In this document: positions 30,967 to 39,873 of the stretch, in pieces
Layout: each line of letters opens with the position of its first letter
Numbering within the stretch: position 1 is the first letter of the stretch
Assembly: GCA_965262915.1 (NCBI GenBank)
Contig: OZ253564.1
Span: 448,001 to 512,000 of the forward strand
Reading direction: 5' to 3'
DNA: 64,000 nt
Source: Candidatus Spongiisociaceae bacterium
Lineage (GTDB): Bacteria; Actinomycetota; Acidimicrobiia; Spongiisociales; Spongiisociaceae
Translations under genes and position numbers: made by a program
The notes under the pieces: model-generated
The model's input: only the letters and a program-made list of their open reading frames with translations
Told to the model about the DNA's origin: nothing
The model's database searches: none

Positions 30967-31335
30967 CGTCCTGCCCAGTTCGGAGGTGACGTCCTTCGCT
31001 GCCCCCGAACGAACTCCCTGGTGGGGGGTGGTCGCGAAGACCCCACCAAGAAAGGATGAGTATGACTCCTCCTAATGTCACTGACCTGGTCGCCCGTGTA
31101 GGGACGGCGAAAGTGCCGGCCGTATCTCTAGGGTGCCCGTAGATGATGGGCGGAGAGCCGGAAAACGGTACGCATGATGCCGCTACGTCGGGACGGTCCC
31201 CGGGGGTGTCGTTGGCGGTGGGGTCACCAGCCTCAGCCCGTAGTCACCGCCGTTCGTACCAGTAAACCGACCAGTGCGCTCGGAACCACAAAAGGCCTAT
31301 GATCTGGGGTTCTCAGGTGTACCCGTAAGTAATCG

Positions 31336-32775
31336 GGCTCATCGCGTTTCAGTGGGGAGTGACGGTCGCGAGTAGGTCCCAGTTGGGTTTCCCGGCGTAG
31401 AGAAGGGCGCGGATTCGGTAGTTCGCGAAGTTGGGTAACCCGAACGCTGCTCGTTTGATCCGTTTGATTAGGTTGTTGAGGGCTTCGGTGGCGTCTGTTG
31501 GTTACCTTCGAGATGTGCCAGTTGGTGATCTGGGGGGTCCAGCGGGCGATGGTGCGACCCAGCTTGTTGATCTCGGGTGGGCAGGATTCGTCCTGGAGGT
31601 CGTCTGCGAGCTGGAGGGTGTATCGGAGAGCAAGGACCGGACTCTCGATCCCGTAGATGCCCCGTACCGTTTCGGTTGCGTGCCAGGCTGTGCGTACCTC
31701 CCCGTGGGGGTCACCGGCATCGAGGAGGCCACGCAGCCGTGTTTGACCGCGGTCGCTGATCCTCTCATGCGCGGCGGTGAGGAGGCGGCGTATCCGATAC
31801 AGCGGGTCATCCTTGCGGCCTCTGTGTCCCAGGGTCTCGTTGGGGACCCTTCGTCGTAGGTCGTCGAGACGCTGGTTGGCTAGGCGGATGACACCGAACG
31901 GGTCCGCTACCTGCAGCGCGTGGGGCAGCACCCTGTCATACGCCTTCCGATACGAACCGGACATGACCCGACACCGCCCAGCGGATAGCCTCACACCATT
32001 CGGTGGGCTGCGCCCGGAACCAGGCTGCGGCGCTTTCTGCCGTTCTACCACCGACTATGTCGAACCGGCTGGTGGCCTCCCACGTCGACGACAGAGGTGC
32101 ACCAGACCTTGGTGCGCCACCGGCCTTTCCGCCAGAACAACGCTTCTTGTCGATGCCCACAGCTTGGACCTCGCCTATCCGGTCGGTGTCGGCCCCCAGG
32201 AGGGCTTCGCCCCAGCGGCCGACCTCGTTGTTCACCGTATGCCACCCACAACCAAGCTCTGCGGCGACCTCGTCGACCGGGCGACCCCGCCCACCCACCC
32301 CGATGGTCACCCACCTCGCCGCTCGGGATGTCAACAACGCCCGTTGGGGACCAATCGTGGGGTCTTGCTCGATGAACGATCTGAGCGCACAGTCGGTGTT
32401 CGGACATGTCCAACGGCGTTTCCGCCACCGCAGCCGAACCGGACGGCCGAACGCCGGTAAATCCACCAACACCACCGTCCGCTCACCCTTGGACCACACC
32501 GGGCCACCACAGGCCTCACAGGACGGGCGGGGCTTGCGAGACCCGATCACCACCCCAAGCGGTGCACCCTCGCCCGAGTCGTTGATCCCTACCAGGTCAA
32601 CGTCGCCTAGGCCTACCAACTTCTCGCACATGCGCGCAGGGATCAGCTTCCACAGGGGTCCTCCTGCCTCGGATGTCGCTTATCAACAGCCGATTATGGA
32701 GGACCCCTCCTCACTTCTGGTGGATTCCGATCCCCCCTGACAGATCCCCTACTCCCCACCCATTCGCGAAGAGCC
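31336..32775 (-). mobile_element. ISL3-family element, copy C (frameshifted transposase, non-matching flanks)
   Basis: Ends GGCTCATCGCG.../...CGCGAAGAGCC; flanks AGTAATCG and ACTTTACG differ. Confidence 0.92.
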
Positions 32776-33212
32776 ACTTTACGTGGGTATCCGCATCGCG
32801 GAGAACGAAGGATGGTTCAAGGGTTACGGTGACGGTACGCTGAGACTTGACGAGACGATTACCGCCGCCCAGATCGCCAAGGTCGTGGACCGGCTGTACC
32901 CGGATGGGGCGACGCGTGCGGAGGTGGCGAACTTCCTAGCCGCGGGCAGTATCGGTGTGTTGTAGAAAAACCTGGTGGTGGAGGTCAGCCAAGCCAACCG
33001 CACGGTTACCGTGTCGAACCTTGGTAGCTACCCGGCCGACCTGCACGGATACGAACTGTCATGGCAAGCAGATGGCGAGGACGAGCAGCGGGATTATATC
33101 TTCGAGGCGGTCACCATTTGAGCCGGGCGGTGTCCACACTGTCGGGGTTGACGCACCACCCGAAAGTGCCACCCTGAACAACCGGTACACACTCCAAATC
33201 GCAGCCAGTGGC
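32776..33212 (+). pseudogene. Surface protein remnant (SLH-like plus lamin-tail-like domain), 5' part
   Basis: GWFKGYGDGTLRLDETITAAQIA (SLH-like); VTVSNLGSYPADLHGYEL..DYIF..TI(fs)EPGGVHTV (LTD-like). Truncated by ISL3-C and interrupted by IS630. Confidence 0.55.
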
Positions 33213-33214
33213 TA

Positions 33215-34384
33215 GTGTCCTGATTCCTTAGTTTCTTTGCCATATGCTGCTAGAATATGCAGGTCAGTAGCAGTCAGTAGTGGGAGCAGCGTATGGAGAA
33301 GCAGCGGGGTCGTAAAGCAGTGGTTATCGAGCTGGATGAAGAGGAACGCCAGACGCTCGAGCGGTGGATACGGCGGCGTAGCACCGCACAAGGGTTAGCG
33401 ATGCGGTCTCGTATCGTGCTGGGAGCGGCCGAAGGCCGCACCAATGTGGACATCGCAGCGGAGGTGGGCTGCAGCGGGGTTACGGTCTCGAAGTGGCGGA
33501 ACCGTTTCGCCCGGCGCCGTCTCGACGGCCTCTACGACAATCCCCGCCCCGGGCCGCCCCGCCGCATCGACGACGCCAAGGTAGAAGAAGTGGTGGTCAA
33601 GACCCTCGAGGAAACACCGAGAGACGCGACGCACTGGTCGACCCGGTCCATGGCGAGGGCCGTCGGCCTGTCCCAGTCGTCGATCCTAAGAATATGGCGG
33701 GCGTTCGGTCTCAAGCCGCACCGGACCGAGCATTTCAAGATATCTCCCGACCCCCAGTTCGTGGAAAAGGTCCGCGACCTGGCGGGTTTGTACCTGAACC
33801 CGCCCGACGCGGCGGTGGTGCTGTGTGTGGACCACAAATCCCAGATACAGGCCCTCGACCGCACCGCGCCGATCCTGCCCCTGTTGCCCGGAACCCCCCA
33901 GCGGCGCACCCACGACTACCGCCGGTACGGCACCACCAACCTCCACGCCGCGCTCGACACGGCCACCGGCCGGGTCATCACCTCCATGACACGACGCAAC
34001 CGCACCCAAGAATTCCAGACGTTCCTAAACCTCATCAACCGCGAAGTCCCACCAGAACTCGACGTCCATGTCGTGTTGGACAACGCGTCGCCCCACAAAA
34101 CAGAGCCCATAGGGCGCTGGCTGCAACGCCATCCACGGTTCACGTTCCATTTCACACCCACCTACGCGTCGTGGATGAACCTCGTCGAGCGATGGTTCTC
34201 CGAACTCACCACCAAACAGATACGCCGAGGCACCCACCGATCCGTAGCCGAACTCACCGACGCCATCAACCAATGGACCCAACACTGGAACCAAAACCCC
34301 AAACCCTTCATCTGGCACAAAACCGCCGACCAAATCTTCGACAACCTCACCAACTATCTACAACGAATCCCCGAATCAGGACAC
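33215..34384 (+). mobile_element. IS630-family insertion sequence
   Basis: TIRs GTGTCCTGATTC/GAATCAGGACAC with TA duplication (33213-33214, 34385-34386). Confidence 0.93.
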
Positions 34385-34387
34385 TAG
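33293..34387 (+). CDS. IS630-family transposase
   Basis: HWSTRSMA, LCVDHKSQIQALDR, VVLDNASPHK, FTPTYASWMNLVERWF. Confidence 0.95.
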   Translation: MEKQRGRKAVVIELDEEERQTLERWIRRRSTAQGLAMRSRIVLGAAEGRTNVDIAAEVGCSGVTVSKWRNRFARRRLDGLYDNPRPGPPRRIDDAKVEEVVVKTLEETPRDATHWSTRSMARAVGLSQSSILRIWRAFGLKPHRTEHFKISPDPQFVEKVRDLAGLYLNPPDAAVVLCVDHKSQIQALDRTAPILPLLPGTPQRRTHDYRRYGTTNLHAALDTATGRVITSMTRRNRTQEFQTFLNLINREVPPELDVHVVLDNASPHKTEPIGRWLQRHPRFTFHFTPTYASWMNLVERWFSELTTKQIRRGTHRSVAELTDAINQWTQHWNQNPKPFIWHKTADQIFDNLTNYLQRIPESGH

Positions 34388-34781
34388 CCCATACCGCTGC
34401 TATCGCCGGATGGGCGGAATCCTCTACGTATTGATACGTCATACCGGGGTGTTCGAGCCGTCGCCCGCAGAAGTTCAATGCGCCACCTTGAACGGCACCA
34501 TCGAACTATCGACGACCGGGGGACGGGTGTGCGATCGTCACCCAAAGACAGCAGAAGGCGAGCTATTCGGCCCGGAGGACTTCGCCGTTGACGAATGGGC
34601 CGCCGTGCCGCAGGCGTCAGAGAAGGAGCGTCACTGCCGAGATACTGATGGCACCGTAGTGTGGTCAACCAACGGATCGAAGATATGCGACATACCGCCC
34701 ACAACTGGTCCTGGCCAGAACTTCGGAGCGGAGGACGGGGGCATCGTCGAAGGCTGGTTCGTCAATCCATACGGAGAATAG
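34387..34781 (+). pseudogene. 3' part of the IS630-interrupted surface protein, with two Cys-containing repeats
   Basis: CATLNGTIELSTTGGRVCD..P.T..G..FGPED and CRDTDGTVVWSTNGSKICD.PP.T..G.NFGAED. Confidence 0.5.
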
Positions 34782-34935
34782 ACCGCGTCTAGAAGCCCAA
34801 GACGGGGGCAGCACCCTTGCGGAGAACGCCACTAGCCAAACAAACCCCCGTCACCTCCCGGAGTCTCGCAGCGGAGGGTCCCCCGCTGCCGCCAGCGGTG
34901 AACAGCCAGGTAACCGGGCATGTCAGGCAGCGGCG

Positions 34936-34963
34936 GAGGGTTCAAGTCTCACTTCTGGTACCA
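34936..34963 (+). other. Degenerate tRNA 3'-end remnant
   Basis: GAGGG-TTCAAGT-CTCAC-TTCTGGT-ACCA: T-loop, acceptor strand and CCA, with one T-stem mismatch. Confidence 0.45.
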
Positions 34964-35189
34964 CACTCCACCGGGAAAGCACCCTAAATCAGCCTCCCGG
35001 AAACCAGCCAGCCCGGCGCCGAAACGCGACATTACCCCGAGTCAAGTTCAGGGGGACGCTGACTTCCTGGCGTTGGGCCGCACGAGTGTCCCCGTTTGAG
35101 TTTCTGGTTGGGCGGCTTGGGTGCAGCCCGACTGCTGAACGGCCTGATCCAGCCGGGCGAGGAAGAGCCGTTGGCATATCCGGGTTCGG

Positions 35190-35372
35190 TGTTTCTGGTG
35201 GGGCCGGTCTCGAGGGGGTCCGGCGGTCAAGCGAGAGCGCCAGGATCCGGGGGTCGGCGATGGCTCCGACGCCGTGTCCGACCCGGTCGGTGGCGAGTGC
35301 CTTGATGGACGCCCGGATATGGTCGGCGGCGTGAGGTTCCAGTGATTCCTCGGCGTGGGAACAGCTTCTGGG
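35190..35372 (-). pseudogene. Adenosine deaminase-family internal fragment
   Basis: HAEES..ADHIRASIKALATDRVGHGVGAIADPRILAL matches the HAGE...RIGHG..AIEDP segment. Confidence 0.55.
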
Positions 35373-35373
35373 T

Positions 35374-36786
35374 TTAGCGGGAGCGGATGCCGGCCCGGAC
35401 GCTGATCGCCGCGGATCGCTCGGCGGCGTCCCGGTACAAGGTGCGCTCCTCGGCGGCCGTGAGCCAGGTCATCTGCCTGTTTCTCATCACGATCCTACCG
35501 TCGATGATCACCGTGTCCACCTCGTTGCCGTAGGTCTGGAACACGATCGCCGAGGGTAGGTGGTGTGTAGGCGTCATCTGGGCGCGTCCGAGGTCGACGA
35601 GGATGATGTCGGCGCGCTTTCCGGCTTCGATCGAGCCGATCTCCTTGTCCATCCCCACCGCCCGAGCGCCGTTGATCGTCGCCATCTCCAGGACCTGCTC
35701 GGCTGTCAGGGCCGAAGGGTCGTCCGCCAATGCTCGGTGCACCAGGACCAGGGTCTTCATATCCGAGAGCAGGTTCACCGATCCGTTGCAGTTCACGTCG
35801 TCGGTGCCGACGGCGAGGGTCACTCCGGCCTGCAACAGCTCCGGAACCGGAGCCATCCCCATGGCCAGGAAGCAGTTCGACACCACCTGGGTGCAGCCCT
35901 TCACGTCGGCTGCCTTGAGGAGTTCGATGTCGCGCCGGCTCAGGCCGACACAATGCCCGGCCAGGAGACGGTGGTCGAGGTGTCCCCTGCTGTGCAGGTA
36001 CTCCGTGCTGCTCGGGCCGGAGGTCTCAGCTCCTGCGGGACCCTGCACGAGATGAAGGGTCCACATCGTGTTGTTGTCGCGGGCCATCCGCTGGCTGGCT
36101 CTCAGCATGCGCTCGGAGCAGATGGCCCCGACAGGCGAGGGCCATATCTGGATCCGGCCCTCCGATGATCCGTTGTAGGCCCTGATGAGGCGCTCGAGGT
36201 CCGCCAGCCACTGGTCGGTGGGACGCCAGTTGTCGGTATGGACGACCTGCGGTTCCTTCTCCTGGAGCGAGCGGATCAGCTCCCGAACCTGATCGGGCTG
36301 TTCATCGAACATCATCCGGGCCACCATCGCCCGGACACCGGCCTCGGAGTAGGAGTCGATTGCCTGTCCGAGCGCTTTCAGGGTGTTATCGGGCCAGGCG
36401 TCCTCGTTGTCGACGAAGCAGGTCATCCCGGACCGGATCGCCTCCACGCAATAGAGCCGGGCAGCCGTGCGGATGTCGCTCAACTCGTATGCGGCAAGAC
36501 CCGGATGCACGACGTTCGTCAGCCAATCCCACACCCGGCGCCCCTCGTTGGCCACATATCCGCGCAGGAGAATCTGCGGAACGTGGGTATGGCAGTTGAT
36601 CAGCCCGGGAAGCACCGCCATCCCCGAGGCGTCGATGATCTGGGAACCACGGGGTGGGCGGACCTCGGATGCCGGGCCGACCGCGGAGATGTGATGGTCC
36701 TCGATCACGACCACGCCGTCCTCGATAGTCCGGCGGTCCGGATCCATGGTGACCACGGTACCGCCGGCGATCGACTTCACCCCCAT
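35374..36786 (-). CDS. Amidohydrolase, AtzA/TriA (atrazine chlorohydrolase/melamine deaminase)-like
   Basis: HTHVPQILLRG, RLYCVEAIRSG, MWTLH, QVVSN, GTDDVNCN, IVFQTYGNEVDTV; GGAGG-type RBS before ATG 36786. Confidence 0.85.
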   Translation of the reverse strand: MGVKSIAGGTVVTMDPDRRTIEDGVVVIEDHHISAVGPASEVRPPRGSQIIDASGMAVLPGLINCHTHVPQILLRGYVANEGRRVWDWLTNVVHPGLAAYELSDIRTAARLYCVEAIRSGMTCFVDNEDAWPDNTLKALGQAIDSYSEAGVRAMVARMMFDEQPDQVRELIRSLQEKEPQVVHTDNWRPTDQWLADLERLIRAYNGSSEGRIQIWPSPVGAICSERMLRASQRMARDNNTMWTLHLVQGPAGAETSGPSSTEYLHSRGHLDHRLLAGHCVGLSRRDIELLKAADVKGCTQVVSNCFLAMGMAPVPELLQAGVTLAVGTDDVNCNGSVNLLSDMKTLVLVHRALADDPSALTAEQVLEMATINGARAVGMDKEIGSIEAGKRADIILVDLGRAQMTPTHHLPSAIVFQTYGNEVDTVIIDGRIVMRNRQMTWLTAAEERTLYRDAAERSAAISVRAGIRSR

Positions 36787-36793
36787 GGTGACC

Positions 36794-37231
36794 TCACCCG
36801 CCGGTGTCCCGGGCACCGAGCTCCTCGACGCGGTGGCGGACCAGCAGAAGGGAAGAGATCCGCCAAGCCCCGTCCACCTTGCGGTACTCCTCGTGGTAGT
36901 AGCCGTACCCTCTGGAACTGGTCTTCCCCGAAGTTGCCGGGTACTCGATGATGTCCACCATCGCCCAGATCCCCCGCGCCGTCGTTTCCGAAAGAATCTC
37001 GATGTCGGGCATCGAAACCCGGTGGAAGGATCGTCGGTCGGCAAAGTCCTCGGCGGAGCCGGCGAAGGTGTCCGCACCCCGTCCCTTCTTCCAACCCTGG
37101 AATTCGTAGATGATGTCGTCGGTGAAGAGGTTGCGGAGCTCATCTCGGCGGTTCAGATCGACAAAGCGACAGTAGCGTGCCTTGAGCCGTTTGATGTCTT
37201 CTATCGCTTGCAATTCCTCTATGGCATCCAT
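36794..37231 (-). CDS. SnoaL-like/NTF2-family protein (BaiE/LinA-like fold)
   Basis: IEDIKRLKARYCRFVD, H..SMPDIEILSETTARGIWAM.D, GYGYYHEEYRKVDGAWRI. Confidence 0.85.
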   Translation of the reverse strand: MDAIEELQAIEDIKRLKARYCRFVDLNRRDELRNLFTDDIIYEFQGWKKGRGADTFAGSAEDFADRRSFHRVSMPDIEILSETTARGIWAMVDIIEYPATSGKTSSRGYGYYHEEYRKVDGAWRISSLLLVRHRVEELGARDTGG

Positions 37232-37397
37232 CGTCTCCTCTGCCTCCGGGAGTGGACCTCGACCGGTACGAGAGTGCCCATCACTATAAGGCGGGGTACC
37301 CTTTGGAGGCCGGGAAGGGCAAGGCAGCCAGCACCGTCAAGCCGGGTCACCTGAGGGAACCACGGTGCCTCCCGGCCGCGAACAGAGGAGGAAGAAG

Positions 37398-39110
37398 ATG
37401 GTCCGGATGACCGCAAGCGAGGCCTTTGTCGAGACCCTTGCCGCCCAGGGAGTGACCGACATGTTCGGCATCGTCGGGTCGGCTTTCATGGAGGCCCTCG
37501 ACATCTTCGAGCCGGCCGGGATCAGGTTCTGGCCGGTCGCCCACGAGCAGAACGCCGCGCACATGGCCGACGGCTACAGCCGGGTTTCGAACAGGCACGG
37601 TGTCTGCATCGGCCAGAACGGCCCCGGCATCACCAACTTCGTTACGGCGATCGCCGCGGCCTTCTGGGCACATTCACCCGTCGTCGCTATCACCCCGCAG
37701 GCGGGTTCCATCGGGGAGGGCCTCGGCGGGTTCCAGGAGACGGATCAGATGCCGATCTTCTCGAAGATCACCAAGTACCAGGTCGAGGTCAAGAGGTATG
37801 AGCGCATCGCGGAGCTCACCCACCGGGCCTTCACGCTTGCGATGGCGGAGCGTGGGCCGGTACAGATCAACATCCCGCGCGACTACTTCTACGGCGAAGC
37901 GGACTACGAGATCAGGGAGCCAATGGTGATTGAGCGCTCGGCGGGCGGGTCGGCCAGCCTGGCCGCCGCTACCCGGTTGCTGGCCGAGGCTCGGTTCCCG
38001 GTGGTCATGGCAGGTGGGGGCCTAGTGATGGGCGGAGGCCAATCCGAGGCTGTAGCCGTGGCCGAGTTGCTGGGAGCGCCCACCATCTGTTCCTACCTCC
38101 ACAACGACGCGTTCCCGGCCGGCCACGACCTGGCCTGCGGGCCCATCGGATACCAGGGTTCGAAAGCCGCGATGCGGATCGTGGCACAGGCGGACGTGAT
38201 CCTGGCCCTAGGAACCCGGCTCGGACCCTTCGGCACCTTGCCTCAGTACGGCATCGAGTACTGGCCGGAGGACGCCCGTATCATCCAAGTCGACGCCGAC
38301 CACCGGTCGTTGGGCCTCGTCAGGCCGGCCGAGGTGGTCATCCACGGCGACGCCGGGGCTGCGGCCGCCGAGTTGAACAGACGCCTCCAGGGCGTCGAGC
38401 TCACCTCGGCAACAACCCGCGATGACCGAATGGCCCGTGTCAGGGCGGAGAAAGAGGCCTGGAGCAGGGAACTCGATTCCATCTCCTCGTCACAGGATGT
38501 GCCGATGGCGCCCCGGACCGCGCTGCGGGAGTTGGAACTCGCCATGCCGGCGAACGCAATGGTCACCACCGATATCGGGAACATCTGCTCGGTGGCCAAC
38601 TCGTACCTGAGCTTCGACCGGCCCAACAGCATGTTCGCGGCGATGATGTTCGGCAACTGCGGCTACGCCTTCCCCACGGCGATGGGAGCGAAGGTTGCTG
38701 CTCCCGAGCGGCCCGCCATCGCCTACGTCGGTGACGGCGCCTGGGGCATGAGCCTGGCCGAGGTCATGACCTGCGTCAGGGAGAACATCCCTGTGGTGGC
38801 CGCCGTGTTCAACAACCGCCAGTGGGGCGCCGAGAAGCGGAACCAGATCGACTTCTACGACGACCGCTACGTGGCCACCATGCTGGAGAACCCGAGCTTC
38901 GCGGCCATCGCCCGGGCCATGGGCGCCGAGGGCGTAGTGGTGGAGAAGCCGGGAGAGGTCGGCGATGCCCTGCGAGCGGCGGTCGACTCGGAGCGTCCCA
39001 CCGTGCTGGAGATCCAGGTCAGCCGGGAACTGGGCGAGCCCTTCCGCAGGGACGCCCTCCAGAAGCCGGTGCGGCTCCTGGAGAAATACGCCAAATACAG
39101 CGCCGAATAG
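37398..39110 (+). CDS. xsc: Sulfoacetaldehyde acetyltransferase
   Basis: MTASEAFVETL..GIVGSAFM, QNGPGITNFVTAIAAAFWAHSP, GYQGSKAAM, FGTLPQYG, QWGAEKRNQ, PFRRDAL.KPV. Confidence 0.92.
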   Translation: MVRMTASEAFVETLAAQGVTDMFGIVGSAFMEALDIFEPAGIRFWPVAHEQNAAHMADGYSRVSNRHGVCIGQNGPGITNFVTAIAAAFWAHSPVVAITPQAGSIGEGLGGFQETDQMPIFSKITKYQVEVKRYERIAELTHRAFTLAMAERGPVQINIPRDYFYGEADYEIREPMVIERSAGGSASLAAATRLLAEARFPVVMAGGGLVMGGGQSEAVAVAELLGAPTICSYLHNDAFPAGHDLACGPIGYQGSKAAMRIVAQADVILALGTRLGPFGTLPQYGIEYWPEDARIIQVDADHRSLGLVRPAEVVIHGDAGAAAAELNRRLQGVELTSATTRDDRMARVRAEKEAWSRELDSISSSQDVPMAPRTALRELELAMPANAMVTTDIGNICSVANSYLSFDRPNSMFAAMMFGNCGYAFPTAMGAKVAAPERPAIAYVGDGAWGMSLAEVMTCVRENIPVVAAVFNNRQWGAEKRNQIDFYDDRYVATMLENPSFAAIARAMGAEGVVVEKPGEVGDALRAAVDSERPTVLEIQVSRELGEPFRRDALQKPVRLLEKYAKYSAE

Positions 39111-39142
39111 TCGGGGTCGAGAGACCGGCAAGCGAGGACCTG

Positions 39143-39330
39143 ATGGATGCGGATCTGGAGGCCGCATACCATGAGATAGCGTCCGACGAAGCACGGGAGT
39201 CCGAGGCTCTGGAATAGTCCGAGGGATTGATCGGTGACGTGGCCGATGAACCGCGGTGACGTCCGGTGGGTAGCCTTCGATCCTGCGGTCGGGCGTGAGA
39301 TCCGCATAGACACACCCGGCTGCCATGCGC
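39143..39330 (+). pseudogene. Antitoxin plus PemK/MazF toxin remnant
   Basis: DLEAAYHEIASDEARESEALE*SEGLIGDV overlaps MNRGDVRWVAFDPAVGREIR (ATG 39246), which is then truncated. Confidence 0.65.
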
Positions 39331-39539
39331 AGCTACGCCGCCGAATCGGGTGTTGAATCGCGCCCAGGTGGCGCACATCCGCAACCCCGCTGGGACTGCA
39401 CACCCGAGGCGATACGTTGTATAGTGATTGTTGAAGATGCAAGCGAACGGGGCAGCGCCGATGACTTCTGTTTCTCCGGTCGACACGGACGAGGAGAGCC
39501 TCACGCTGGCTGATCTAGACGCATCCGTGGGGATGAATC

Positions 39540-39755
39540 CCGATAGGACCGGTGACTTCGCGGCCGGCCGGACGCATTTCCACACGAGCAGCGAGGAGTT
39601 TCTTGCATGTCCGGAGTCACAGACAGACCACTAACCAGACCGGAATGCCGACCCATGAGGAGTCTGCTGCGTTCTTGTACGATGTTCGGCATCTGACACG
39701 GGAGCAGCGGAGTCGCTTCCTCACAGCGCGATGCGGGGACCACAGCATTCTGTAA
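39540..39755 (+). pseudogene. Second TA remnant (antitoxin C-terminus plus RelE-like toxin N-terminus)
   Basis: DFAAGRTHFHTSSEEFLA followed by MPTHEESAAFLYDVRHLTREQRSRFL (ATG 39645). Confidence 0.45.
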
Positions 39756-39873
39756 GGGATCAAAGTATCATCCGGCCCGGTTGCGGTCTTTTCGTGAAGT
39801 CCGACGGTAATGTTCATACCCACCGGGGGTGTCCGCCGAGGCGACACCACCACTCCGGTACGGAGGAAGCGTC

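Noticed and set aside
35374-37143. 589-aa version of the amidohydrolase
   Set aside because: The extension overlaps the SnoaL-like gene; RBS and homology place the start at 36786.
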